Positions 26,151 through 35,367 of a stretch of 64,000 nt of DNA are shown here, one piece after another. The stretch lies in NCBI GenBank assembly GCA_020060385.1, contig JAGVAH010000048.1, forward strand, positions 645 through 64,644, read 5' to 3'. Numbering within the stretch: the first letter of the stretch is position 1; the number at the start of each line of letters is the position of its first letter. Made by a program: the position numbers and the translations under genes. Below the pieces are notes generated by a model, which saw only the letters and a program-made list of their open reading frames with translations, was not told the DNA's origin and did not search any database. This DNA is from Syntrophobacterales bacterium (GTDB lineage Bacteria; Desulfobacterota; Desulfobaccia; Desulfobaccales; 0-14-0-80-60-11).

Positions 26151-28061
26151 ATGCAGATAACCAGCATCGACGATTTGCAAAAGGCAAAGGTCGGGGGCCT
26201 GGCCCAGCTTTATCCCCCCAAACCCAAGATTCTGGTGGGCATGGCCACCTGCGGGCTGGCGGCCGGGGCCCAGCGGGTCTACGACCTGCTCCACAAGAAG
26301 GCCCAGCAAGAACATTGGGAAGGGGTGGTGGAAAAGACCGGCTGCATCGGCATCTGTTACCAGGAACCCCTGGTGGACCTCATTATTCCGGGCAAGCCCC
26401 GGGTAACGTATGCGGAGATGTCGCCGGAGAAGGCAGAAGCCCTCTGGGAGGAGCTGGCCGCGGGCCGCGTGCCGGAAAAACAGGTTCTGGCCCGGATGGA
26501 CGTGGACGGCATGATCCTGGATGGCGGCCCCCGGAAACTCTATCAGGGCAAACTGAAAGGTTTTCTGGCCAAAGTGCCACGTTATGAAGACCTGGACTTC
26601 TTCAAGCTGCAGCGCCACATCGCCATGCGCAACTGCGGCTTCATCGATCCGGACAACCTGCTGCAATACATCGCCCGGGGCGGCTATTTCGCCCTCTATA
26701 CCGCGCTGACGACCATGACCCCGGACCAGGTCATCCAGGCCGTGACCACCGCGGGCCTCCGGGGCCGAGGGGGCGGCGGCTTCCCCACCGGGGTCAAGTG
26801 GGCCTCCTGCCGCAAGGCCAAGGGCTGGCCCAAGTACGTGCTGTGCAACGCGGATGAAGGGGATCCGGGCGCCTACATGGACCGGAGCCTCATTGAGGGC
26901 GACCCCCACTCCATCCTGGAAGGCATGCTCATCGGCGCTTATGCCATCGGCTCCAGCGAAGGCTACATCTACGTGCGGGCCGAATACCCCCTGGCGGTCA
27001 AGACCTTGCAGCGGGCCATCCTGGCGGCCAGGGAAGCGGGGCTCCTGGGGACCAACATCCTGGGCAGCGGTTTTTCCTTTGACCTCAAGCTCAACCTGGG
27101 AGGCGGGGCCTTCGTCTGCGGGGAATCCACCGCGTTGATGGCCTCCATTGAGGGCAAACCCGGCGAGCCCCGGGCCAAGTACGTCCATACCGCGGATAAG
27201 GGCTTGTGGAACCGCCCTTCCAATCTCAACAATGTGGAAACCTGGGCCAACGTGCCGGTGATCATCGCCAAGGGCGCGGACTGGTACCGGGACATCGGCA
27301 CCGAGGGCAGCAAGGGCACCAAGATCTTTTCCCTGGTGGGCCAGGTGAAAAACGTGGGCCTGGTGGAAGTTCCCATGGGCGTCAGCATCAAGCAGATGGT
27401 CCAGGATATCGGCGGCGGCGTGCCGGAGGACCGGGAGTTCAAGGCCCTGCAGATCGGCGGCCCCTCGGGAGGCTGCATCCCCAGGGAGCAATGGGACCTG
27501 CCCATCGACTTTGACTCCCTCTGGGACGCGGGGGCCATGATGGGCTCCGGCGGCATGATCGTCATGGACAACTCCACCTGCATGGTGGATGTGGCCAAGT
27601 TTTTCCTGGACTTTCTCATCGACGAATCCTGCGGCAAATGCATCCCCTGCCGCCTGGGCCTGAAACGCATGCGGGAGCTGTTGGAGGAGTTTTCCTCCGG
27701 CAAGGGCTCCCTGGAGGATCTGGAAGAACTGCAGTCTCTCTCGGAAGCGGTGAAGGACGGCTCCCTTTGCGCCCTGGGAGGCTCGGCCCCCAACCCGGTG
27801 CTCACCACCCTCCGCTATTTCCGGGAGGAATACGAAGCCCACATCCTGCACCATAAATGCCCGGCGGCAGTCTGCAAGGAGTTGATCACCTACACCATCA
27901 CCCCGGAGCTGTGCAACGGCTGCACCGCCTGTGTCCAGGAGTGCCCCCAGGGGGCCATCACCGGGACCAAGAAGGAACCCCACACCCTGAACTCGGCCCT
28001 GTGCATCAAGTGCGGCGCCTGCTTTGAGGTCTGCAAGTTCGGGGCGGTGGCGGTGGCCTGA
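26151..28061 (+). CDS. NuoF/HydB-like NAD(P)H-binding FMN/FeS subunit with an N-terminal [2Fe-2S] domain and a C-terminal 2x[4Fe-4S] ferredoxin domain
   Basis: GRGGGGFPTGVKW (FMN site), CNADEGDPGAYMDR (NADH site), ESCGKCIPCRLG (N3 cluster), CNGCTACVQECP and CIKCGACFEVC. ATG at 26151 after GAGGTGAGGG. Confidence 0.85.
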   Translation: MQITSIDDLQKAKVGGLAQLYPPKPKILVGMATCGLAAGAQRVYDLLHKKAQQEHWEGVVEKTGCIGICYQEPLVDLIIPGKPRVTYAEMSPEKAEALWEELAAGRVPEKQVLARMDVDGMILDGGPRKLYQGKLKGFLAKVPRYEDLDFFKLQRHIAMRNCGFIDPDNLLQYIARGGYFALYTALTTMTPDQVIQAVTTAGLRGRGGGGFPTGVKWASCRKAKGWPKYVLCNADEGDPGAYMDRSLIEGDPHSILEGMLIGAYAIGSSEGYIYVRAEYPLAVKTLQRAILAAREAGLLGTNILGSGFSFDLKLNLGGGAFVCGESTALMASIEGKPGEPRAKYVHTADKGLWNRPSNLNNVETWANVPVIIAKGADWYRDIGTEGSKGTKIFSLVGQVKNVGLVEVPMGVSIKQMVQDIGGGVPEDREFKALQIGGPSGGCIPREQWDLPIDFDSLWDAGAMMGSGGMIVMDNSTCMVDVAKFFLDFLIDESCGKCIPCRLGLKRMRELLEEFSSGKGSLEDLEELQSLSEAVKDGSLCALGGSAPNPVLTTLRYFREEYEAHILHHKCPAAVCKELITYTITPELCNGCTACVQECPQGAITGTKKEPHTLNSALCIKCGACFEVCKFGAVAVA

Positions 28062-28072
28062 AAGGAGGGAAC

Positions 28073-28648
28073 ATGATCACCTTTTCCATCAACGGCCAAG
28101 AAGTCGGGGGAGAGGAAGGCTGGACCGTCCTGGATGTGGCCAGGTGGCACGGCATCGAGATCCCCACTCTCTGCCACCACGAGGCGATGGAGCCTTTCGG
28201 GGCTTGCCGCCTGTGCGCGGTGGAGGTGGATGACGGCAGGCGCACCCGGGTGGTGATCTCCTGCATGTATCCCATTCGGGAGGGCATCAAGGTGCAGACC
28301 GAGACCCCCCGGGTGGCCAACGTGCGCCGCTGGATCGCCCAGTTGCTATTGGACGAAAGCCCCCAGGCGCCGAATATCCAGGAGTTGGCCAAATCTTTCG
28401 GGGTGACCCCTTCCCGGTTCAAAAAGACGGGAGTGGAGTCCGCCTGCCACCTCTGCGGCCTCTGCATCAGGGCCTGCCAGGAGGTGGTGGGGGTGCAGGC
28501 TCTCACCTTCGGCAACCGGGGGGTCCTCAAAGAGGTCACCTCGCCTTACCATCGCCGGAGCCAGGATTGCATACGCTGTGGAACCTGTCTTTACGTCTGC
28601 CCCACCGGGGCCATGGAACAAATCTTTCCCCTGGTCAGCAGCGAGTAA
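28073..28648 (+). CDS. NuoG-N-terminal-like [2Fe-2S]/[4Fe-4S] ferredoxin subunit
   Basis: CHHEAMEPFGACRLCAVEV (2Fe-2S), CHLCGLCIRAC, CIRCGTCLYVCPTGA. Only the electron-wire part is present, with no molybdopterin or hydrogenase domain. Confidence 0.7.
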   Translation: MITFSINGQEVGGEEGWTVLDVARWHGIEIPTLCHHEAMEPFGACRLCAVEVDDGRRTRVVISCMYPIREGIKVQTETPRVANVRRWIAQLLLDESPQAPNIQELAKSFGVTPSRFKKTGVESACHLCGLCIRACQEVVGVQALTFGNRGVLKEVTSPYHRRSQDCIRCGTCLYVCPTGAMEQIFPLVSSE

Positions 28649-28691
28649 GCCATTGCGGCCCTATAGACGCAGGCAGAAGAAGGAGATCTCC

Positions 28692-31115
28692 ATGAAAACC
28701 GAAAGCAAAATAGGCGTTTTCCTGTGCGAGTGCGGGGGCAAGATCAGCGGCCGCATAGATTTGCAGGAGGTACGCGAGTTGACCCGATATGAACCCTGGG
28801 CCCATTTCGAAACCTCCCCCTACCCTTGTCTGGCCCCCGGTCTGGAAACCATCCGCAAGCAAGTCCAGGATAAGGGGTTGGACCGCATCATGGTGGCCGG
28901 CTGCTCCTCCCGGATCATGAAAAAGAGGTTCACCAATGGTCTGGCCGCGGTGGGCATCCAGAGGCATCAAATAGAGATGGTCAACCTCAAGGACCACGTG
29001 GCCCTGGTGCACGAAGCCGGCCCCCAGGAACTGGCCCGCAAGGCTGCGGCCCTGATCAGCGGCGGCCTGGCCAGCCTCAGGCTCCTGGAGCCTTATGAAC
29101 CCGTGTCCCTGCCCTTCGAGGGACCCGCGCTCATCTTGGGAGGCGGCGTCTCCGGCTTCGCTGCGGCCCGGGAACTGGCCCGCCATGGTTTGGAGAGCGT
29201 GGTCTTTTCTAAGGCCTTAGAGGCTGAGCGGGTTCTGGAGGAGCTGCATTGGACCTTCCCCGGCTGCCGTATCTTCTGCGGCGACTTGGGGGAATTTCTC
29301 CGGGAGGTGTTCACCAGCCCTAAAATCAAAATAATGCCTGATCAGCCCATAGATTATATCGTCGGCGGCGTGGGCGACTATCATGTGGGGCTGCGGCAGC
29401 CTGACAACACGATCACCGAAGTTAACGGCGCGGCCATCATTGTCGCCCTGGACCGGGAATTCGCCCCCCCGGAAATCGCCCATATCGGCGGCGGTGAGCG
29501 GGTGCTCGATCTGCTGGACCTGGAAGAGCAACTGGTGGAAGGGGAATTTAAACCCGGCAAGGTCCTCTTCTGGGTGAACAGCCCCCAGCACGGCAAAGAC
29601 GCACAAGAGTTGGCGACCATGGCCGCGTGGCGGGATAGCCTGTTGTTGGCCCGGGAGCATCCCCAGGTCCAACCCACGGTGCTCTATCCGGCCAACATCG
29701 CCCTGCCCCTGGCCGGAGCCGACCTGGTGGAGGCCCGGGCCCACGGCATCGGGCTGATGTCTTACGCGCCGGAGGTGCATCCGGTGGTCCAGTCCGGCTA
29801 CTTGAGCTTTGTGAGTCCTGCGGACAACCTGGAACATGAAGTGGAGTGGGACACCCTGGTAGTTCCGGGGGTGCCAGGAGACCCGGGGGCCAAGGCCCAG
29901 GAACTGCTGCGGTGGCTGCCCATTTATCCGGAAAACGGGGGCCGCCTCCAAAAGAGCCACATCAAATTCTGGCCGGATCAGGTCCCGGACGAGTCCCTCT
30001 TTTTTACCGGCTCCGCCGGGGGTCTCTGCGACCTGAATGATGTGTTGCAACAGGGGAAGAATGCGGCCCGGGGAGTGTTGCGGCTCCGGGAAAAAGCCCT
30101 GGAAGGCAAATTGGTGAGTCCGGTGGTGGTGCATGTGGATAAGGACCTCTGCGAGGGTTGCGGCCTGTGCACCGAGATCTGTCCCTGCGGCGGCGTGGAA
30201 CACGTCAAACCAGGGAGCGGCCCGGTCCCCCGGGAGGTGGACAACCACCTCTGCAGCGGCGGCGGCACCTGTGCGGCCACCTGCCCTTATGAAGCCGTGA
30301 AGATCCTCAATAACACCGCGCAGCAGTTGGAAGCCCGCCTCAAGGCCATGATGGCCCGGATGCAGGAAAACGATATCCTGGGCTTTGTTTGCGGCTGGGG
30401 CGGCTTGGCTTCCGCGGAACAAGCCGCGATCAAGGGGGTCGCCTACCCCAGCGGCATTTATCTGGTGCCGGTGAACTGCCTGGGCTCCATTGACCCCTTC
30501 ATTCTCTCCATGGCCTTTCTGAACGGGGTCAAGGGCATCATGCTGGCCGGCTGCACGCCCAAACATTCCTGCCATTACCACTTCGGAGTAGACCACTGCT
30601 GGTATCGGGTCAACGCCATGAAAAAACTCCTTTCCCTGGCCGGTCTGGAGCGGCGGCGGATCTCCATCGGCTACGTGGAGGTCAATGAGCCGAATTCCTT
30701 TGCCCGCATGGTGGAGTCCCACATGGAAAGCCTGGGAAAGCTGCCGCCCCTGCCCCAGGATGAGAAGAGCAAGGCCAAACTCTGGGCCATTCACGCCACC
30801 CTGCACCGGCCCCGGGTGCGTTGGGTCCTGGGGACCAGCCTGAGGCGGCCGGCGGAGAAAGAATTCCCCGGCTCCCAGTTCAACGCCGTGGAAGCGGACG
30901 AGACCATGTTGGATGTGCTCAAGGAAGAATTTCTGGCCTCCAGAATTCTCAAGGCCTTGAGCGACCAGCCCCTCAATCCGCCGGGAATCGCCCGGCTTAT
31001 GGACGAGCCGGTGAAAAACATTACCCCTCTGTTGCCGGATATGGCCAACGAGGGCCGCATCGCCCTCCAGGGCTGGGAGGGAGGCTACCCGGTTTATGCC
31101 GTGGGCAAGGCGTGA
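28692..31115 (+). CDS. HdrA-like FAD/FeS oxidoreductase fused to an MvhD (FlpD) domain
   Basis: SD AAGGAG. Dinucleotide fold ALILGGGVSGFAAARELARHG, inserted ferredoxin CEGCGLCTEICPCG, and the C-terminal MvhD-type block ILGFVCGWGGLASAE...VNCLGSIDP...MLAGCTPKHSCHY. Confidence 0.7.
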   Translation: MKTESKIGVFLCECGGKISGRIDLQEVRELTRYEPWAHFETSPYPCLAPGLETIRKQVQDKGLDRIMVAGCSSRIMKKRFTNGLAAVGIQRHQIEMVNLKDHVALVHEAGPQELARKAAALISGGLASLRLLEPYEPVSLPFEGPALILGGGVSGFAAARELARHGLESVVFSKALEAERVLEELHWTFPGCRIFCGDLGEFLREVFTSPKIKIMPDQPIDYIVGGVGDYHVGLRQPDNTITEVNGAAIIVALDREFAPPEIAHIGGGERVLDLLDLEEQLVEGEFKPGKVLFWVNSPQHGKDAQELATMAAWRDSLLLAREHPQVQPTVLYPANIALPLAGADLVEARAHGIGLMSYAPEVHPVVQSGYLSFVSPADNLEHEVEWDTLVVPGVPGDPGAKAQELLRWLPIYPENGGRLQKSHIKFWPDQVPDESLFFTGSAGGLCDLNDVLQQGKNAARGVLRLREKALEGKLVSPVVVHVDKDLCEGCGLCTEICPCGGVEHVKPGSGPVPREVDNHLCSGGGTCAATCPYEAVKILNNTAQQLEARLKAMMARMQENDILGFVCGWGGLASAEQAAIKGVAYPSGIYLVPVNCLGSIDPFILSMAFLNGVKGIMLAGCTPKHSCHYHFGVDHCWYRVNAMKKLLSLAGLERRRISIGYVEVNEPNSFARMVESHMESLGKLPPLPQDEKSKAKLWAIHATLHRPRVRWVLGTSLRRPAEKEFPGSQFNAVEADETMLDVLKEEFLASRILKALSDQPLNPPGIARLMDEPVKNITPLLPDMANEGRIALQGWEGGYPVYAVGKA

Positions 31116-31241
31116 GTAGCCAGAAAGATAAAATAATGTCAAGTCCCGGACCCAAGTTCCTGCTCCTGGAGTGTTAAGGCCGCTTTAAGAAGCCAGTTCA
31201 CCTAGGGGCCGGAACTTGGATTGACCGGGCAGGAGGCCCCC

Positions 31242-32348
31242 ATGAAAACTTTTGCCGATTTGATCCAGGAGGTCCAAGAACCAGGCCTCTGTCACCAATG
31301 CGGTGGTTGTGTAGCGTTTTGTAACGCCATCAATTATGGGGCCTTGGAGTTGGGACCTGACGGCCGGCCGCGCTTCAGCAATAAGGAAAAATGCATCGAG
31401 TGCGGCATCTGCTATTCCATCTGTCCGGTGATCCATGAGCTGGACGAAGACACCAAAGAACTGGTATCCTGGAGCGCGCCTTTGGGCCGTGTCATGGGCA
31501 GCGCCGTGGCCCGGGCCGCTGCCCCCCAGGTGCGGGCCCAGGCCACCGACGGCGGGGTGATCACCGCGCTTTTACTCCACCTCTTTGACCGGGGCCGTAT
31601 CGATGCGGCCATCGTCAGCAAGACGGTGGGCCCCTTCCAGCGTCGGCCCTGGCTGGCCCTCACCCGGGAAGACATCGCCGCCGCGGCCGGGTTCCACTTC
31701 GACACGCTCCCCAGCATTAAGCATTTCTCCGATTTTTACACCACCTATTCCCCCTCCATCGTGGGACTGGGGGCCGCGGCCCGGAAATCCTTGAAAAGGG
31801 TGGCCTTTGTGGGTACGCCTTGCCAGATCAAAGCCTTGCGGCGCATGGAGGTTCTGGGGGTGGTGCCCGCCGATGCCATCAAATTCCATTTCGGCCTGTT
31901 CTGCGCCGGCAATTTCCAGTTCGGCCCGGAACAGCGGCAGCGTCTGGAACAGATGGGCAATTTTACCTGGGGCGAGGTCCAGAAAGTCAACCTCAAAGAA
32001 GACCTGTTAATCCACTTGAATAACGGGGAAATCCGCGCCCTGCCCCTAAAGCAGCTTGATTTTATGAAACGGCACGCCTGCCGCTTCTGCGACGATTATG
32101 CCGCGGAGTTTGCCGACCTTTCCTTCGGAGGCATTGGCGCGCCTCAGGGCTGGACCACCGTCATCATTCGCTCCTCCATTGGGTCGACGGTCTGGGCCGA
32201 GGCCCGGGGAGTGGATATTGAAATGTACAATTACCGGGAAAATCCCGCCTTGACCTCCCAGGTCATGGCCAAGGTGGAGGAATGGTCCGATAAGAAAAAG
32301 AAATCGGCCCTGGAATATTTCCAGGACCTGGAGAAGAAAGCCATCTAA
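31242..32348 (+). CDS. FrhB/FdhB-family (coenzyme F420 hydrogenase/dehydrogenase beta-like) flavo-FeS protein
   Basis: SD AGGAGG. N-terminal 2x[4Fe-4S] (CHQCGGCVAFC, CIECGICYSICP), then FrhB-like blocks DGGVITALL, FVGTPCQIKALRR and RFCDDYAAEFADLSFGG. Confidence 0.7.
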   Translation: MKTFADLIQEVQEPGLCHQCGGCVAFCNAINYGALELGPDGRPRFSNKEKCIECGICYSICPVIHELDEDTKELVSWSAPLGRVMGSAVARAAAPQVRAQATDGGVITALLLHLFDRGRIDAAIVSKTVGPFQRRPWLALTREDIAAAAGFHFDTLPSIKHFSDFYTTYSPSIVGLGAAARKSLKRVAFVGTPCQIKALRRMEVLGVVPADAIKFHFGLFCAGNFQFGPEQRQRLEQMGNFTWGEVQKVNLKEDLLIHLNNGEIRALPLKQLDFMKRHACRFCDDYAAEFADLSFGGIGAPQGWTTVIIRSSIGSTVWAEARGVDIEMYNYRENPALTSQVMAKVEEWSDKKKKSALEYFQDLEKKAI

Positions 32349-32451
32349 GGTAAGGCCGCAGAAGGGGCTTTTTGCATGGAAAGCGCCTGAGGAAATGACT
32401 TGCACCCGGGGATCATCCCAAAACTTAAGTTAGACTGGGGGCCAAGTCAGC

Positions 32452-32492
32452 CCAGAGATCCTGGCGGCGCCTGGCGCAGCCAGGATCTCTGG
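32452..32492. repeat. Perfect 14-bp inverted repeat (CCAGAGATCCTGGC / GCCAGGATCTCTGG) with a 13-nt loop
   Basis: Arms at 32452-32465 and 32479-32492, about 100 nt after the frhB-like stop. No T-tract follows, so it is not a canonical intrinsic terminator. Confidence 0.85.
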
Positions 32493-32804
32493 CAGGCGCG
32501 ACGGCGGCGGGTGCCGATGGTCGATAATCAAGAGCCCTAGGGGGCCTGATCGTCTGTTATCCCTGTGGCCGGCGCCCTGTCAGGACCTGGGCCGCGGTCT
32601 AGCCGGGCCAGGCCCCCTCTGCTACCCGCAACTTTCCGATAATCCCTTCCGCCGCGTACCGCTGCCTGTGCATCTCCCTGCCTCCCTGCAATCCACCTCT
32701 CTAATTTACCCTAGGGATCAGTTTTCAGGGGTGAGGTTATACCATTTTATCTTTCTAATGCATCAAATATGAACATTGACAAAGGTCCTTTAATACCATT
32801 TTCT

Positions 32805-32889
32805 TGTAGGGGGGCACCCATATGTGCCCCCAAACCGTGCGGACATGCCGAGGCTCTAAGGGCGGACACGCGGGTCCGCCCCTACAGAG
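32805..32889. repeat. GC-rich composite palindromic element (GTAGGGG...CCCCTAC family), left copy flanking the NRPS block
   Basis: Contains hairpins GGGGCAC-N6-GTGCCCC and GGCGGAC-N6-GTCCGCC. It shares the 18-mer CGGACACGCGGGTCCGCC (32863-32880) and a 16/18 match of GCACCCATATGTGCCCCC with the copy at 62341-62395. Confidence 0.8.
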
Positions 32890-33107
32890 AAATTGCCGTT
32901 AGATTGCGACTTGGCATGATAAGATTAATCACCCGATCCACGGGTTGGGACCGTGAGCCTCGGCAGATGTCCTTGAACTTCCTGATCAGTTCCGGACCTT
33001 TCCTGAGTATGGGCGGGTAAGGCGGCCGCCACCCCCCGTTGAGGCTCCGCACTACTCATGGGAAAAAAAAATTACCGACCCGGGAACCCTTGCCCAGACA
33101 CGCAACC

Positions 33108-33833
33108 CTAATTCTTCTTCCTCAGGACGTAGATGACCCACGGCGCTATCGAGGTTTCGTTTAGCCAATCGTAGGGTTCATCTTCACGTCCGAGGGGTGT
33201 GTGATGCAGGACCAGATCGATTTCGCAGGTGGCAAATAGATGCAGGTAGTCTGCGTGCAACCAGAGAAGGTCCACCACGGGGCGCTGGTCCGCGACATCT
33301 TTCATCACGATCTTGACTGGGTCCCCACTTTGAGCATTATGGTTTTCCGGAAAATCCTTCGTCGTGAAAGATGCCCACTCGTGGGTGTAGATCTCGGGGG
33401 TCGAGCCCAGGATAATAATGTGCCCTGCACTATTCAGCAGGTCACGCAGACCACCTAAAAGCTCTCTGCGCTTGCCGACGCCGGGAATATTGTCAAACGT
33501 GAAGGCAGCCAGAACCAGGTCGAAGTGGCCGGGCTGGAACGAACTGAAATCCCCATCATCTATCAACCGATAGATGCCGCTTGGGTCGGCGTTCTGGGCC
33601 AGATCTATCATGCTGCTCGAAATGTCGATGCCAATTGCCTCAAAGCCAAGCCTTTTCAGAAACCTCGTAGAGCGTCCGGCCCCGCAACCGAAATCGAGAG
33701 CTACGCGTCCCTTGATGTGTTTGGCGATGATCCCGGGCAAGTCGCGGTACGCCAAATAGTAGGTGCCGGGGAACTCAAGAGTCGAATAAGCTTTCGCCCT
33801 CTGAGTGTCATCATAGACATTGAAAAATGACAT
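33108..33833 (-). CDS. Class I SAM-dependent methyltransferase
   Basis: ATG at 33833. The longer ORF-track start would overlap the kamA-like gene. Motif I VALDFGCGAGRSTRFL. Confidence 0.7.
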   Translation of the reverse strand: MSFFNVYDDTQRAKAYSTLEFPGTYYLAYRDLPGIIAKHIKGRVALDFGCGAGRSTRFLKRLGFEAIGIDISSSMIDLAQNADPSGIYRLIDDGDFSSFQPGHFDLVLAAFTFDNIPGVGKRRELLGGLRDLLNSAGHIIILGSTPEIYTHEWASFTTKDFPENHNAQSGDPVKIVMKDVADQRPVVDLLWLHADYLHLFATCEIDLVLHHTPLGREDEPYDWLNETSIAPWVIYVLRKKN

Positions 33834-33885
33834 GGTTTCTCCGCATCCCTTGACGCGCAAAGTGAAGGAGGTTCGATTGCAAAAA

Positions 33886-35316
33886 TCAGTGCAGCAAACA
33901 CTCGGTAACAGAGTAGCTGGGAAGGATCCGTTCACGATCCCCCTCGTCTGCAAACGGGAACCTTTCCCTGGCAAAGGCAGGCCGTAGCTGGTCAAACCAA
34001 GTGACATGGGGGTCCAATGCTGCGAAGAACACGGTCTTCACCAAGGCAGGATCCCGAGCCTGGGTGAAGTCGCAGATCAGGACCGGTTCATCCGCATGGA
34101 TCGCCGGGACACCCCCGTGGGCCCGGGAAAACGTTTCAATCATTCTGTCGTCCATTATGTCCCGTAGCGTGATCACGCCCATGATCCTCACTTTTCCGGG
34201 AAAAGCCGACATCGTCGGCCCTTGCACAGGCCGGGAAAGACCGGAGACGCTCGCATAAGCCTGCCTATATATCTCGTAGGCCCTTACGAGGGGGACCTCG
34301 AAGTAGTTTCTCGCGCCTGTGTCCCGTTCCACAAACATGTAGTAGGGGATAAGCCCCAGCCGGACTCCGGTTCGCCAGATAGAGGCCCAGACCTCGGGAT
34401 CGTCATTAACATGCCTGATGATCGGTGCCTGCATGCGGATTTGGGCGCCCGTATTGCGTATTCGCTGGATTGCCGCCCTCGCTATTTCAGGTTCGAGTTC
34501 CACTGGATGGGAGAAGTGGCCCATGATCGCCAAATGCCGATTGGCGGCGATTACCTCCTCAAAAAGTCTCAAGCAGTCGTCTGCATCTGGCTCCGAGACA
34601 AAGCGATAAGGCCAGGACGCGATGGCTTTTGTGCCGATGCGAATGTTCTGCACATGGTCTAGTTCGGGGATCAACAGGGGCTCTAGATATTTGCGCAGCA
34701 GTGTTGTCCGCATGATCATCGGGTCACCCCCGGTGATCAGCACATCCGTGACGTCTGGATGGGCCTTCAGATAGGCAACCAAGTCCACCGTGTCCTTGCT
34801 GGCAAACTTCACTCCTTCCATGTTAATAAACTGGGCCCAGCGGAAACAGTAGGTGCAGTAAGCATGGCACGACTGTCCATGGAAAGGGAAAAAGAGCACC
34901 GTTTCCCGATACTTGTGCTGCAGTCCCCAAAGAGGTCGCCCTTCGAATATAGGCACATTGTGAGTCAACTGCCCGGCCGGGTACGGATTCAAATCGAGCC
35001 GGATCCGCTGGATCACCCGGGCCAGGGAGTCTTGCGCATGGCCCTTGCGCAAGAGTGTCTCCACATCATGGTACTGCTCGGGGTCAAGCATTTCCCGTTG
35101 GGGGAACACAAGCTGGAAAACCGGATCGTTCGGCACCTTGGACCAGTCGATGAGGTTCTCCATGAGATAGCGGTTCGTTCGGAAGGGAAGAACTTGAGAT
35201 ACGACTTCCACAGCCGCCCGCAGATCGGGCTTCAGCCTCCTCCATTCGGGCGTTGCTGCCACGTTATGGATGCCAACCGCCTGATAGCGGATAGGTGTTG
35301 TCGCAGCTGGTTTCAA
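33886..35316 (-). CDS. KamA-family radical SAM aminomutase (lysine/glutamate 2,3-aminomutase-like)
   Basis: CHAYCTYCFRW (CxxxCxxC), GLQHKYRETVLF, ITGGDPM, and a C-terminal Lys-containing block (FPGKV). TTG start preceded by AAGGGAG. Confidence 0.8.
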   Translation of the reverse strand: MKPAATTPIRYQAVGIHNVAATPEWRRLKPDLRAAVEVVSQVLPFRTNRYLMENLIDWSKVPNDPVFQLVFPQREMLDPEQYHDVETLLRKGHAQDSLARVIQRIRLDLNPYPAGQLTHNVPIFEGRPLWGLQHKYRETVLFFPFHGQSCHAYCTYCFRWAQFINMEGVKFASKDTVDLVAYLKAHPDVTDVLITGGDPMIMRTTLLRKYLEPLLIPELDHVQNIRIGTKAIASWPYRFVSEPDADDCLRLFEEVIAANRHLAIMGHFSHPVELEPEIARAAIQRIRNTGAQIRMQAPIIRHVNDDPEVWASIWRTGVRLGLIPYYMFVERDTGARNYFEVPLVRAYEIYRQAYASVSGLSRPVQGPTMSAFPGKVRIMGVITLRDIMDDRMIETFSRAHGGVPAIHADEPVLICDFTQARDPALVKTVFFAALDPHVTWFDQLRPAFARERFPFADEGDRERILPSYSVTECLLH

Positions 35317-35367
35317 CCCGCTCCCTTTCCGGATGTCTCTCGAATTTCCGAATCACTCCGCCATGAG

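Noticed and set aside
26085-27983. 632-aa ORF on the minus strand
   Set aside because: It is antisense to the NuoF-like gene, whose translation carries textbook FMN, NADH and FeS motifs. The antisense translation is Gly/Ala/Pro/Arg-rich low complexity with no motif or SD. Long stop-free antisense frames are expected in high-GC DNA.
29217-31142. 641-aa ORF on the minus strand
   Set aside because: Antisense to the HdrA/MvhD-like gene. Same reasoning: low-complexity G/P/A/R/H-rich translation with no recognisable domain.
32769-33020. 83-aa ORF, and the 128-aa ORF at 62043-62429
   Set aside because: Both run through the GC-rich palindromic elements, giving peptides such as ...GAPICAPKPCGH...RADTRVRPY and ...RRAPMCAPTPGRTRGSAT. 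There is no SD and no motif. Most likely they are translation artefacts of a repeat element.
33040-33107. Possible intrinsic terminator after the methyltransferase gene (T9 tract on the minus strand, plus-strand A-run at 33063-33071)
   Set aside because: The sequence before the T-run forms at best a 5-bp stem with a G:U pair, which is not convincing as a Rho-independent terminator.
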